This document shows, piece by piece, positions 1-10,541 of a stretch of 64,000 nt of DNA. A model generated the notes under the pieces. The model was not told where the DNA came from. It was given only the letters and a program-made list of their open reading frames with translations, and did not search any database. Both the position numbers and the translations under genes were made by a program. This stretch comes from an uncultured virus (IMG/VR IMGVR_UViG_3300025327_000013) (lineage: Duplodnaviria > Heunggongvirae > Uroviricota > Caudoviricetes). The first letter of the stretch is position 1. Each line of letters begins with the position of its first letter. Where the stretch lies: the IMG/VR virus record IMGVR_UViG_3300025327_000013. The stretch is one strand, 5' to 3'.

Positions 1-2399
1 CGAGGGCGAGGATATACCGTGCATCGCCGGCATTGTTGATTTTGTCGAACACGGAGACATAGTACGCCGCTTCCTGATAATGCCGATCGCCGCACTTACA
101 CCAGAGCCCGCGGAAAACATGTGGGCGGATCATGAAAGACGATTTTTCTCTAGCGCGCGGCGCACGCGCTCAGCCGCCTCGGCAGCGCAATGATCACAGT
201 AATACGGTAATTCTACTCCGAAGCGCCGATAGAGTGTTCCACATAGCATTGTGCCGCCGTTTGTGCCAATGACATAGGTGAGCTTGCCGCAACCTCCCAT
301 GTTCATCCTCTCGGCTCCTCATCCTTCCGCCCAGCCCACAGCCGATCCTTGCCATGCCGATGCTGACCGGGAAGGACACCGTAAGCGAGCAGGTATTCCC
401 TGAGCAAGTACGCGGCGTCCCTGCGCGTGGAGGCGCGGTCGATGACCTCGGGAGGCTTGCCTTCGTAGCGATACCAGATGGAGATCATACGTTCTCCTCA
501 ATCGTTTCGCCCATTTCGATCAGTTCTTGGTACCCGTCGCCTCCGTCTGCGGCCCAGCTGCAGAAACAGCGTGCCAAACCTCGATGATCGCCGCACTCGT
601 CGCAGACGTAGGCACCGCAATAGCGGCTCATCGCGTACTCATGTCTGTGGGTCATGGTCCTGATTCCTCTCTGTCATGGGTGGATCATAGCGATGCCACC
701 CCGTAGACATGCCACGTGTTTCCAAATGCCAATCGGCGTCAGGTTCAGTCTGACGATATTCACGGAGTATCTTGTAATGATAGGCAGTAATGGTGTCAGC
801 AAACCAAGCACCTCCATCTTCTTGAAGTCTGTTCCTCAATCTCAGTGTTATAAAAGCGGTCATGGTTTCTCTGTAGCCTCCTCCTCTGTCTGACTGTCAG
901 ACGCCTGTTGAAGATAGATCTCCGGTCTGTGCCACGGGCACTCGCATCCTGGACCGTGGAGCCTATCGCGTAGTTCCTTGGAAATTAGGGGTTCGGTCAT
1001 TGTTTACGAGTATTCATCGTCGGTATCTTCAGTGTTACCAGCGAGGAGTTGAGCAGGATCATCATCGGCAAGAAACACCGCAAGGATCTCTGCCGCTCCC
1101 ACTGTTACCAAGGCTAAGTCGGCTATGCGCCGACAACGGTCGCACCGCGATCCTCGTAAACAGTACCCAGTAAGCATGTGCGGATGTGATTTCCAGATGC
1201 AACGCTGGCACCAGGATTGGTGAAAGGTATTGTCTTGCAAGTGTACTGTTGTCATAGTTCTCCTTTATTTGATTGTCTGCTGACAATCAGCAGGTCGCGG
1301 ACCTACGAGCCAGACACCGCCGGCCTTTCCCTCGCGCGTCATGTCCTCTATCCTCGGCCGATCATCGTCAGCAATAAAATTCCAGCCGGTGACGGCGACC
1401 GAGAACGTGCGCGCATCGTCTCGCGTTGCGCCGTATGGATTCCAGTTTTCGATGGGCACCGAGCCAGCGGCGGTGAGCACGAGGCTATAGCCGGCGTGCT
1501 TGACGACGGCGATCGTTTCATTGCGGGTCATCGGATATAGACCATCCTATTCCGGCACTATGAAAGTCGTCATTCGTGACAAATTCTGTGCCGAGAGTAG
1601 GCTTTCCTTCTGCTTGATTACAGAGTCGGAAGTATGCGGCACGGGCGATCCCAGGGGTCAAGATGGTAGCACGCCTAGCTGTATACCACATGGACTCTCT
1701 GGGATCTGGAAATTTGAGCGCTGGTCCAATGACCAGCAAGAATGCGTAGGCGACAGCTTGTCGATGTGTCATGCGTCCTCCATGTTCGTGAGCAGGTCGA
1801 TCCTCTCTGTCTTGGCAATGTGGCATTTAGCTGGAGCGGAGCATCGCGTGTCTATGTCGTACACCAGTGCAGTCGAGTCCATATCCCGCTGGATCATGAG
1901 CGCTAGCTGCGCGGCTTCGCGCGGTGTCCGCGCGGTCAGGTCGATGGACCAGTGGACGGTGTAGTTAGGCATGGGTCGATCGGTCGGCGGATGGCTGTTC
2001 CTTTAGTGCCTCGACAACGGCAGGATGGATAAGCCAATCGTCAAATTCACATTGCGGGCAGCCTTTATTTGCATCGGCAAATTTACTTTGCCAATCGCAG
2101 TTTATGTCGTGACCTTGTATGCGCCATTGGATTAGTGTGTTCGCTAACCGGATTGCTTCGTACGCATTTTTGACTTCCTGATTAGGCATGTGCCCTCCGT
2201 TCTGACGATTCAGTGTGTTTGATTACGCGCAATTCGTGCCTCGCTACATAGTCAACGGGCGGTGTCGTGATACCGGGGCTGTACTCCCAGACCACAAGCA
2301 CCGTGTGCCGATTCCGGAACCCGGCCACCCTGCCTCTCATATCACGGAGCAGCGGAGAATGCCAACCGACCGTGTCGTTGAGACAGATCACTCGAGGGT

Positions 2400-3017
2400 T
2401 CACGCCGGCACCTCTTCCTTGACCCACTTCTCGACGAGCCAATCCGCCTCGGCGATGCCGTCCTTGAGTGACCACCAGGAATAGTCCGCATCGTCGTAGG
2501 ACTCCCACGCCGATTTGGCTTTCCCCTTGCGCATGACGAAGCCCTCGGCACCTAGGGCCAAGGCCACGCGGCCGAGATACTGGCCGTAGGTGACCGGCCG
2601 CCCGTGTTTGGTATCCATCGCGGCCATCTTGCGCTCGAGGACCTTGAACGTGCGGAGCATACGCTCGGCATCGGCCTGTTCTACACAGTGCGGCCGATAG
2701 TGGATCTCCCACGCGTACAGGTTCCGGCCGCGCTCGCTCGCGCGATCATCGTCCGATCCTTGGCTGGATATTTCCAGATCGTTGACGTACAGGCCCGCGT
2801 GGACCTCTGCGTTGCGCAGGCGTCCGAAAGGCCCGTCGGGATCGTGTGCAGGACGCACCTCGATCACGGTCGCGTTGAGATGATAGTAGCCGGATTCGCG
2901 AAGCTCTCGCAGGAGTAGGCGGATGGGGTGCTCGGGCGTCGGGGACTTGCCCATCACGCAGCCCGATACCGGCGGGTCAGATACCGGATATCCCATGACC
3001 GTCCCATGCCCATACAA
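2400..3017 (-). CDS. hypothetical phage protein (true start probably downstream of 3017)
   Basis: 205-aa ORF with protein-like composition in the leftward gene block; no recognisable motif. Confidence 0.5.
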   Translation of the reverse strand: MYGHGTVMGYPVSDPPVSGCVMGKSPTPEHPIRLLLRELRESGYYHLNATVIEVRPAHDPDGPFGRLRNAEVHAGLYVNDLEISSQGSDDDRASERGRNLYAWEIHYRPHCVEQADAERMLRTFKVLERKMAAMDTKHGRPVTYGQYLGRVALALGAEGFVMRKGKAKSAWESYDDADYSWWSLKDGIAEADWLVEKWVKEEVPA

Positions 3018-3390
3018 TCCACGGCTTGCAGGAACTCCGAGAACGTGATGGCGTCCACGTGGACATGTTGGCAGAGCGCGGTCAGGCGATCAATTGGATC
3101 AGTGGCCAGCATCGTGTCGCGGGTGATTTCCTCGTGTTGCTCTGGCGTGAGCAACACGCAATTCTGTAGCACGTCGAGCGCCTCAATCGGGATACGCTCC
3201 TGTGTGATCTTCTCGCGGAGCGGCTTGCGTGGTGGGACAGCGTGGGCAATCTCCAGAAGCGTATTCATGGCGTGTGCCTTTCTGGCGGACTTGTAGCCCG
3301 CCGGTATCACAGTAGATGCTGCGCATCGCTGGCGTGGGTTCCGCCAGGATTTTGGATTACAGAAGCGTTACGGGATCACATAGATAGGCT

Positions 3391-3816
3391 CTAGCGCGGT
3401 TCAAAGACTTCGCCAGTTTCTAGTTTGCACGCATAGCTGTCTTTGCCCTTGCGGTACACCCACTCAAGTTGGATATTCCCGTAAGCCTCGATGATGCCCT
3501 CGGCCCAGAGCTTGTCGCCCTCGGCCCGGAGCTTGTCGCCCTCGGCCCAGAGCTTGTCGCCCTCGGCCCAGAGCTTGTCGCCCTCGGCCCGGAGTTTGTC
3601 GCCCTCGGCCCAGAGCTTGCCGCCCTCGGCCCGGAGCTTGCCGCCCTCGGCCCGGAGCTTGCCGCCCTCGGCCCGGAGCTTGCCGCCCTCGGCCTGGAGT
3701 TTGTCGCCCTCGGCCTGGAGTTTGTCGCCCTCGGCCCGGAGCTTGTCGCCCTCGGCCCAGAGCTTGAGGCGAATCCCCCATACAAATGCAAGGCTAATAC
3801 TACCGGCATTCTTCAT
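3391..3816 (-). CDS. heptad-repeat coiled-coil protein, (KL[W/R/Q]AEG[D/G]) x13
   Basis: GAAAGG RBS upstream; repeat core flanked by unique N- and C-terminal sequence. Confidence 0.75.
   Translation of the reverse strand: MKNAGSISLAFVWGIRLKLWAEGDKLRAEGDKLQAEGDKLQAEGGKLRAEGGKLRAEGGKLRAEGGKLWAEGDKLRAEGDKLWAEGDKLWAEGDKLRAEGDKLWAEGIIEAYGNIQLEWVYRKGKDSYACKLETGEVFEPR
3496..3765. repeat. 21-bp tandem repeat, about 13 copies
   Basis: unit gccctcggcc(c/t)(a/g)gag(c/t)ttg(t/c)c is directly visible. Confidence 0.95.
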
Positions 3817-5046
3817 TGACGTTTCCTTTCATCATTGTGCAACGGTAGAACTGCCGCGCATCGTCTGTCTGACAATCAGACAGATTCTGAATTACAGAAT
3901 GGTTACAGGCTCATGAGCCAGACAGCCAGTGCCCACATCACGAGGACCGTGCCGATTATGCCAAGGACCACGGTGGAGTAGTAGCACAGATCGGCCACGC
4001 GGTCGCGCCACGTGCTGGGCTTGGGCTGGAACTCGGGCGGTGGGAGTGGGGTCATGTACGGTTGGCATCGGAGCCAGGAAAAGTAGCTCATAGCGCCATT
4101 CGCTCGAGATTCGGTACAACACAGACTTTTTCGTGTTCGAGTGTTTGTTTTGGTGACACAGTTGGGCCAACAGGCTCTCCACAGAAAACGCAGTAGTAGG
4201 TGATTTTGATGAGCTTTTTGCTTGCATCCATGAGTGTAATCATGTAGAAGCCCCTTTCAGTCTGACTGTCAGACAATCCGGAACAGATACGCCAGTATGC
4301 CGAGCCCGGCCGCGGCGGCGAAGGCCTCGGTCATGTGTGCAGCCAGCCTCCGATGGCGCCGATCGCGGAGGATCCTCTGGCCAGAGGCTTCGATTTCTGT
4401 GAGCATGTAGTCTCTCGGTGGATGCGGTATGAGTTTCATGGGTGATCCTTTCTGGCTGTCTGACTGTCAGACACCCGTGGGAAGCCTGCGCATCGCGGCG
4501 GCCTATTCCGCCGGAATTCGTGTTAGGCTGTTCTCGTCGCGGATTTAGCGCGATTGAGAGATATAAGAATAGATTTGACCGAATGAGGGATGCACCGAGC
4601 AAGCGATGGATAACCGCCTGCGGATTATGCCGCCGTAGGCGGTTCCATTTTAGAGATAAAAACCGATCGCATGCCCAGCGCTATCGTAGACATTGGGATC
4701 GGGCCGATTCGGGCTGGCCGCGATGGCGTCCACGCGGTCCTCGGGCCTCGGCATCGTGACGACTTGGCCGTCACGGATTAGGATGCGCTCGCGTTTCGGG
4801 CAATGCTCGGAGTTCATGGCGTTACTCTGTCAAGACCAGCGCTAGCGCTGCGATTGTGATAGCCCACAGCCAGCGCAATCGGCGCATCGTCCACTCGATA
4901 TCCACCGCCCATTCGAGAAAGGTTTGCTCGTTCATGGCGCGTCCTCCGTGTTCTGTGGATCGGCCCGATCGCCGATCACTGGTGAATGGGATACTGACAT
5001 TTCTGCCGCGTGCGACGATACGTCCGTGCGGTCGCGGCAGGCGAAC

Positions 5047-5079
5047 AAAAAATTCGCCGGGAGCGTAGGCCTCCCGGCG
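5047..5079 (-). terminator. intrinsic terminator
   Basis: minus strand reads cgccgggag-loop-ctcccggcg then aattttttg, just after the stop of ORF 5095..5685. Confidence 0.65.
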
Positions 5080-6318
5080 TGGTGGATCGGTCGATCAACG
5101 TGTGGCGAGTTTCCAGCCCTTCGCGGCTATGGCCTGGGTGCTAACGGTGATGGCATGGCGACGCCGAACGATGGGCGCGCACTTGGCGATAGCAATCCGC
5201 ATGGCCCAGAGCACGGCTTGCGGGCTGGGCAACTGGCGAGGCAACTGCACGCCGATCTTGTGACGCGGTGCGTCCATCAAGCCACGGATTAGGCCATCGG
5301 TTGCGATTGGCGGCTGTGCTTTTAGCGGCAAACCGTCGATGCTGAATCCTGCTGCCGGCGGATTAGGGAGCACGCCAGGTTGCCTGGGCGGATCAAGCCG
5401 AACTATGGCTGGATTCAGGGCACGCTCGATTGCTGCCCTGCACTCGAGTACGAAACGCATCTCGTCCTCGGCATCGTACCATCGTCCCGGGCGGCGATGT
5501 TCCCAGATCGCCTGCGTGATGGCACGTTCCGGTGGAGCGCCACTCTTGGCGAGCATGACCGCGCGGTCGCGGATCAGGTTGCGCTGGCTTCGCATCACAC
5601 TACCCAGACTGCCGCTTGTTCTTGTGGCTCCGCTTGATCTTCGCGGAGCGCTTGGACTGGATGATCTGCATGGCCCGCATGACATTCGTGAACGGGTTGA
5701 GTACGGCTCCCTGGATGATCCACGGCTTCGTCATGTGATGATCCCTTTCTCTTTATTCAGTACGGGTTTACTTCTCCTCGTAATCCGCCACGCCCATCGG
5801 CCGGCGGCCTTTGGCGGCTTGCAGGGACAGCTCAACCTGACGCATTCCTGGGGCCATGCGCGAGACAATCACACCGGACGGTGGATCGAGCCCGATTGCG
5901 GTTCCTGGCTCCGCGTCACGCTGGCCTGTTCCTTCGGCCTCGAGGTGCCACGCATCGCCACGATATTCGTACAGGCGCCATTTTGGCCAGCCGTCCACTG
6001 TTCCACGTGGAACGACTTGCTGATACAGCCGACCGCGTGGACGCTTCGTCCACCATTGCCGTGGATCGGTCGATTGCCCGTCGATTCCGAATCCCCTGGG
6101 CGGGGGTTCCCGCTGATTCCCGATCATGGCTCCGGGTTCCTCCCATTCGGCGCGATAGGCCGATCCGGGGTGTACTCCAACCCGCCGATACTGAATCGTC
6201 AGTATGCTGGCGGCTTCCACGTCCATGCGGTCACAGTCTATGACCCTCGCCTGACGGCCTAACTGTGGTAACTGGACATACAAATAGCCGAGGGGTTTAC
6301 CTCGGCATCTTGTCTAAC

Positions 6319-6384
6319 GCTGGGGGTTGGGACCCAGCATCCGGTTTAGTTGCCGCCAGTACTGGCGCGGCAACCCCTCACCTA
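6319..6384 (-). ncRNA. twister-ribozyme-like motif, copy A (circularly permuted)
   Basis: minus strand: ggu GA-GGG [P1 guugccgc..gcggcaac] UAA acc GG au [P4 gcuggg] U-CCC-AA-CC [cccagc]. Confidence 0.55.
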
Positions 6385-6385
6385 A

Positions 6386-7156
6386 CTACGCGGCCACAAG
6401 CCTAGCGGCCTTGTCAGCCGCGTCCTTGACTCGCCATGCCTCGTTCACGAGCTCCGCCAGACTGGCCAGTTGCGCGGTAGACAGCTTGGGTAACCGCGCT
6501 TTGAGGTAGTTACTGATCTGCACGTCCAGAGCCTTAGGCTCTGGGGTACTGCCACCAGAACCACGGAGCTCTGCCCCGGCAAGCTTGGCGCCAACACGGC
6601 GCCGATAGTCGCGCGTATTGCGTGCGGCCTTCAACGCGGCCTTATCGCCTTCGGCCACGTTGAAGAGTATCGCCGTTGCGGCATCCATGGTCGGGAAACC
6701 GTGAATGGACTTGTATGCGGGTGGGCATCCGACACTTCCAATGTCGAAATACTCGAAAAACATCAGGAAATGCGGGCGGCACGTCTCGACCATCCCCGCC
6801 TCGGCGGTGTTCAGCGCATTGGTGGCAGTGCCGATAGACTCGGCAACAACCTTCCGTCGTGCCAGCATGGTCCCGAGCGCATCGGCCATGTCGTTGATGG
6901 TCGCGCCAGTCTTGAGAGGGTCAGAATCGCCGCTCGACTGAAGTGGCGCGGCCATGCGCCTGGCCTCTGCCTCAGCGTCCACGCGGGCGCGTTTGGCCTG
7001 CTCTGCTTTGGCCACACGATCCGCCTTTGCCTCAGCCTTAGCGGCCTTGACTGCCTCAGTCTTGGCCAGTAGCGCGTCAGCCTTAGCCGTGAGCGTAGCC
7101 GTGAGCGTATCCTCAGCGGCAAGGCTTGAACCATTCTCACTAATGAGAGTGTCCAT
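6386..7156 (-). CDS. Ala-rich 256-aa hypothetical protein lying between the two twister-like motifs
   Basis: long ORF; ATG at 7156 preceded by GGAG; helical Ala/Lys-rich N-terminal half. Confidence 0.75.
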   Translation of the reverse strand: MDTLISENGSSLAAEDTLTATLTAKADALLAKTEAVKAAKAEAKADRVAKAEQAKRARVDAEAEARRMAAPLQSSGDSDPLKTGATINDMADALGTMLARRKVVAESIGTATNALNTAEAGMVETCRPHFLMFFEYFDIGSVGCPPAYKSIHGFPTMDAATAILFNVAEGDKAALKAARNTRDYRRRVGAKLAGAELRGSGGSTPEPKALDVQISNYLKARLPKLSTAQLASLAELVNEAWRVKDAADKAARLVAA

Positions 7157-7342
7157 GATTGATTGATTCTCCAGGTTACTGAAACGTAAGAAAGGTTGAG
7201 ACCATTCTGAATGATTCAGTATGGTTCCACCTTTCAGTCTTGCGGCCCGACCCATCGGCCGCGCGTTAGGCAATGGCCCTATGCCAGTGTCGCGCCTTGC
7301 GTCATGCGTCATGCGTGTTCACCACCTTTCAGGGTCAAGTTA

Positions 7343-7411
7343 GGCTGGGGTTCGGACCAGCCATCCGGGTTACTGGTAGCGTCCATGTGGACGCATACCA
7401 GCCGTCACCTA
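7343..7411 (-). ncRNA. twister-ribozyme-like motif, copy B
   Basis: minus strand: ggu GA-CGG [P1 cuggua..uaccag] UAA ccc GG au [P4 ggcugg] U-CCG-AA-CC [ccagcc]; pseudoknot covaries with copy A. Confidence 0.55.
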
Positions 7412-8727
7412 GTGCCGCCCCATCGCCACAGCAAGCGCCGTACTGCCATCGTGGAGAGACTTGATGAGACGTAGGCACCGGACACACAGGATCATCCCAG
7501 CGTAGGAGCTACACTCCCGCTTGATCCCACACTGCCTGCACGGCTGAAGGTTGCGCGCCCCACATCCTGGCTTAGCATCCCGCATAGCGTCTTGCATGGC
7601 CCTATACTCTCGAGAAGTTTACGGGCAGACCCTGGCGAACCTGTGCCATGGCCCACGAGGCAAGGCGAGCGTAATGATGCGCGGCATACCAGGATGCCTT
7701 GAGGTAGTGCCCGTTGCGAGCTGCGCGTGCTTCACGAGAGTTTTGCATTGTCTCTCCTATTGCGAGCAGGGCTCGCGCTCAGACTGTGAGCCTACTAATC
7801 CGCCGCACAATACCGTTGCAAACGGTGTACCAGGTAAATGAACCGTTGTTCATTCTGTAAACTATTGAAAAAGTTAGTGTTTAGTTAGGGTATGTAAATT
7901 AGACATACTATACTTCCAGAATGGAAGTGGGTTAGGCTCGGGCAGAATGGGCGTCACGTAGTTGACATGCGGTGTAAGTGTGCGGAAAGAAACACTTGTC
8001 CGTTTTCAAGTGTCAATATCGTGACAGTGTGTAAAACTTACACCTGGTCAAGAATTGAATACACTAACAGTAGTGTCAGCTCGAGCATGACATACATCCT
8101 GCGGTAGTCAGACCTTGGAAAGCATACCTCGTGTGCGGCTCCAGGAGCACCGTACAGCGTACCTGTGTTGCTGGTAACCCTATCCTACGTGGACGTCAAC
8201 GGTAGCGTTACTTTTCAATGAGTTAGGCGTGTGTAGAGCTGAGGTATCAGGGGCCTGAAAGCCGCTTGACTGGTGACGAAAAGTGTCAGTCTGCCTAAGA
8301 ATTAGGCAACTTGTTAGACTGCGTGTAAAACTTACACAGTGTCAGTCTAAATATCAACTAGTTAGTCGAAATATCGACTGCTATGTAAATATTACACAGT
8401 GTCTCATAAATGAGACAGTCAAGGTTTCGTGCCAAAAAACCCTGACACTTGGCCTGGCGCAAGTGGCCCAGCAGAGGCAGACAAGTAGCAGTCATAGGCC
8501 AGCGCCATGCTGAGCTATAGGCTTTTCCTATGACACACAGCGTCAAGGGCCGTCTGAGCGCAGGGCGGCGCCCGGCTGTGCCCTGGCCGGCCCACTGACC
8601 TACGCTCGCATCGTGCCCCCCGCATTCAGCTGCATGAGTCCCACGAACAAGGTCCCTCTGCCGGCCGCACTGTACTCAAAGTTCACCGCAACAATTTCAG
8701 CAACATATGCCAAAATCCCAGCAATCC

Positions 8728-8756
8728 TTGACACACATAACGAAATAGGCTAAACA
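8728..8756 (+). promoter_or_regulatory. possible sigma70-type promoter for the rightward block
   Basis: TTGACA-17 bp-TAAACA just upstream of ORF 8763; the -10 match is imperfect. Confidence 0.35.
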
Positions 8757-9030
8757 CGAGGTATGTCAGGCGGGCCATTCACGCACACAAAGTTCTACAC
8801 GTGCTCAACCTGTGGATATTGTTACTGTAATCACGCACAGAAGGTTATGGACAATCGTGTCTTCTGGCTGTGTCCTGATCGGTCTGAGCGTCCTGATTTT
8901 GCAAAGCGGCTCAAGCTAGCGGTACCTGATCCGACTGGTGAGCTGGTGCCGCGCATTGGGAAGTGTAAACAGCCAATGGCTCGCATTTTATAAATGATGT
9001 ACGTGGACCATATTACTGAGGTCAGCGAAA

Positions 9031-9096
9031 TGGTCACAGACTGTAGCCACAATTCTCTTGACAAAGGGTTATCTGTAGCCACAGACTGTAGCCACA
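9031..9096. promoter_or_regulatory. putative operator repeats CTGTAGCCACA (9041, 9073, 9086) around TTGACA (9058-9063)
   Basis: three exact 11-bp quasi-palindromic copies, the last abutting the ATG of the RHH gene. Confidence 0.65.
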
Positions 9097-9486
9097 ATGG
9101 CAAAGGACGAATTGATCAGATTTCGTGTAACGAATGAAGAGAAACTATTGATCGAACAGGCAGCGAAAGGGCAGGATATTTCCGTGTCAGCGTGGATAGT
9201 AGTAACTCTGGTCGAAGCAGCACGACCTGGCGTACTTAATAAGGCGGCACAAGATTTAGTGGATCCAGTCGCTCCACTAGTGGCTGCGCGTCGGAAAGCA
9301 AGGCATATGGCCGCCGAGAAAGGCCTCCCGGAGCCAACGTTCAAGGGGCCAGCAGAAGGACACGCGCCGTCCTGCCAGTGTCTTAGTTGCCGTCAAGAGC
9401 GCTCGAGTTCAGTTGAGATTGAGGGAGCTATCACGCCGCGGTGTTCTAAGCACAAGTATCTCGTACCGTGCCCGCGGTGTAGCTAA
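9097..9486 (+). CDS. ribbon-helix-helix DNA-binding protein with Cys-rich C-terminus
   Basis: N-terminus ELIRFRVTNEEKLLIEQAAKGQDISVSAWI fits the MobC/DUF1778-like RHH pattern. Confidence 0.7.
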   Translation: MAKDELIRFRVTNEEKLLIEQAAKGQDISVSAWIVVTLVEAARPGVLNKAAQDLVDPVAPLVAARRKARHMAAEKGLPEPTFKGPAEGHAPSCQCLSCRQERSSSVEIEGAITPRCSKHKYLVPCPRCS

Positions 9487-10163
9487 TTGGTATACGAGGA
9501 AATAAATCCACGAAACCATAAACCTGATCGAGCCAAAACGGCTCGCGACGTGTGGGCTGCCTCCGCAGCCCGGTCCTAGCTAGGCCACGGCGGTCGGTGG
9601 CATACCGGCATTCCGGGAAAGAATCCGGCATCAGGTTGATTTTCTGGAGAAAAGATATGATTCAGGTAACAGAGCCCGCGTGGACGCGGTTAGAGGAAGC
9701 GCTGTGGGAGATGTACGCTCAAGCGTGTATGGATTGTGATACGAAGCCAACGCTCAAGGTAATCAGGGCTTGGATGGAATCAATCACGGAAGTAGAGGTC
9801 GTCGGTTCGTGATACGCCCCAGATGGTCGTGGAGTGGTGTCTCTGAGGAAGTTGTGAAGCTAGACCTACATTACGAATCCACCGGAATCCGTGACCATGC
9901 GGACGCTACCTGATAAAGAATATCGTGTCGTGTGGCAGCGGGCAGGGAATCGCCGTAAGGTGAAACGCTGAGATGGTGCTGTTCAGGGCGGGAGTGTGCC
10001 TGTGACGGTATTACTGTGAGGGAAGAAACAGCGCAACAGCGTGAAAAGATGCCAGAATTGCTCTATGCTAGGATTGATGACGACGTATCGGAAAGTGGGC
10101 AGTATTTCGTAGTTGACATCCGTCACGAAATAGCCTATTGACGTGGCAGGAGGTAATAACGAA

Positions 10164-10541
10164 ATGGATATCGTGACGTGTGGATATGTAGCGTGTGGGA
10201 AGGTGATTCCAGCGAGAATAGGGGTTGGGAGACCGGCGAAGTTCTGCAATGGGACGTGTCGGCAATTGGCGTATAGGGAGAGAAAGGTAGCAGCGAACGC
10301 GGCTCGAGGTTTCGTAAGCGAAGTGGCCAGTACAGTTCTTCAGGAGTCGGCCGCTGTGGTCGGGGAACAGATCATGGGGGCGTACGATGTGGCGAATATG
10401 ACGGAAGCTACTGAGATAACGTTGAGAGAACCGGATGATCTGCTTCAGTCAGTGCCGACCGCTGCGGACGCTGTTCCGGCGATTCTCGAGGGAGGTGCCA
10501 CAAATGGCGATAGGGCCGGGTCGCTCCCGGCAAACGCTTGA
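10164..10541 (+). CDS. zinc-finger protein
   Basis: CxxxxCG...GRPAKFCNGTCRQLAYRERK; GGAGG RBS. Confidence 0.6.
   Translation: MDIVTCGYVACGKVIPARIGVGRPAKFCNGTCRQLAYRERKVAANAARGFVSEVASTVLQESAAVVGEQIMGAYDVANMTEATEITLREPDDLLQSVPTAADAVPAILEGGATNGDRAGSLPANA

Larger units (their letters stand above)
888..4472. promoter_or_regulatory. dispersed 15-bp palindrome GTCTGA-N3-TCAGAC (888-902, 3867-3881, 4260-4274, 4458-4472; variant TGCTGA-CAA-TCAGCA at 1278-1292)
   Basis: three identical copies of GTCTGACTGTCAGAC plus two variants, each just upstream of the RBS of a leftward gene. Confidence 0.65.

Noticed and set aside
3496..3765. Possible CRISPR array
   Set aside because: The repeats are contiguous with no spacers and are coding; no cas genes are present.
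3420..3916. Alternative-frame and opposite-strand repeat ORFs ([28 protein letters not shown])
   Set aside because: These are by-products of a stop-free 21-bp repeat; only 3391..3816(-) has an RBS and fits the gene block.
5339..6262. 307-aa plus-strand ORF
   Set aside because: It is antisense to the leftward block, has no motif and is likely a GC-rich shadow; the true genes at 5100-6280 remain uncertain.
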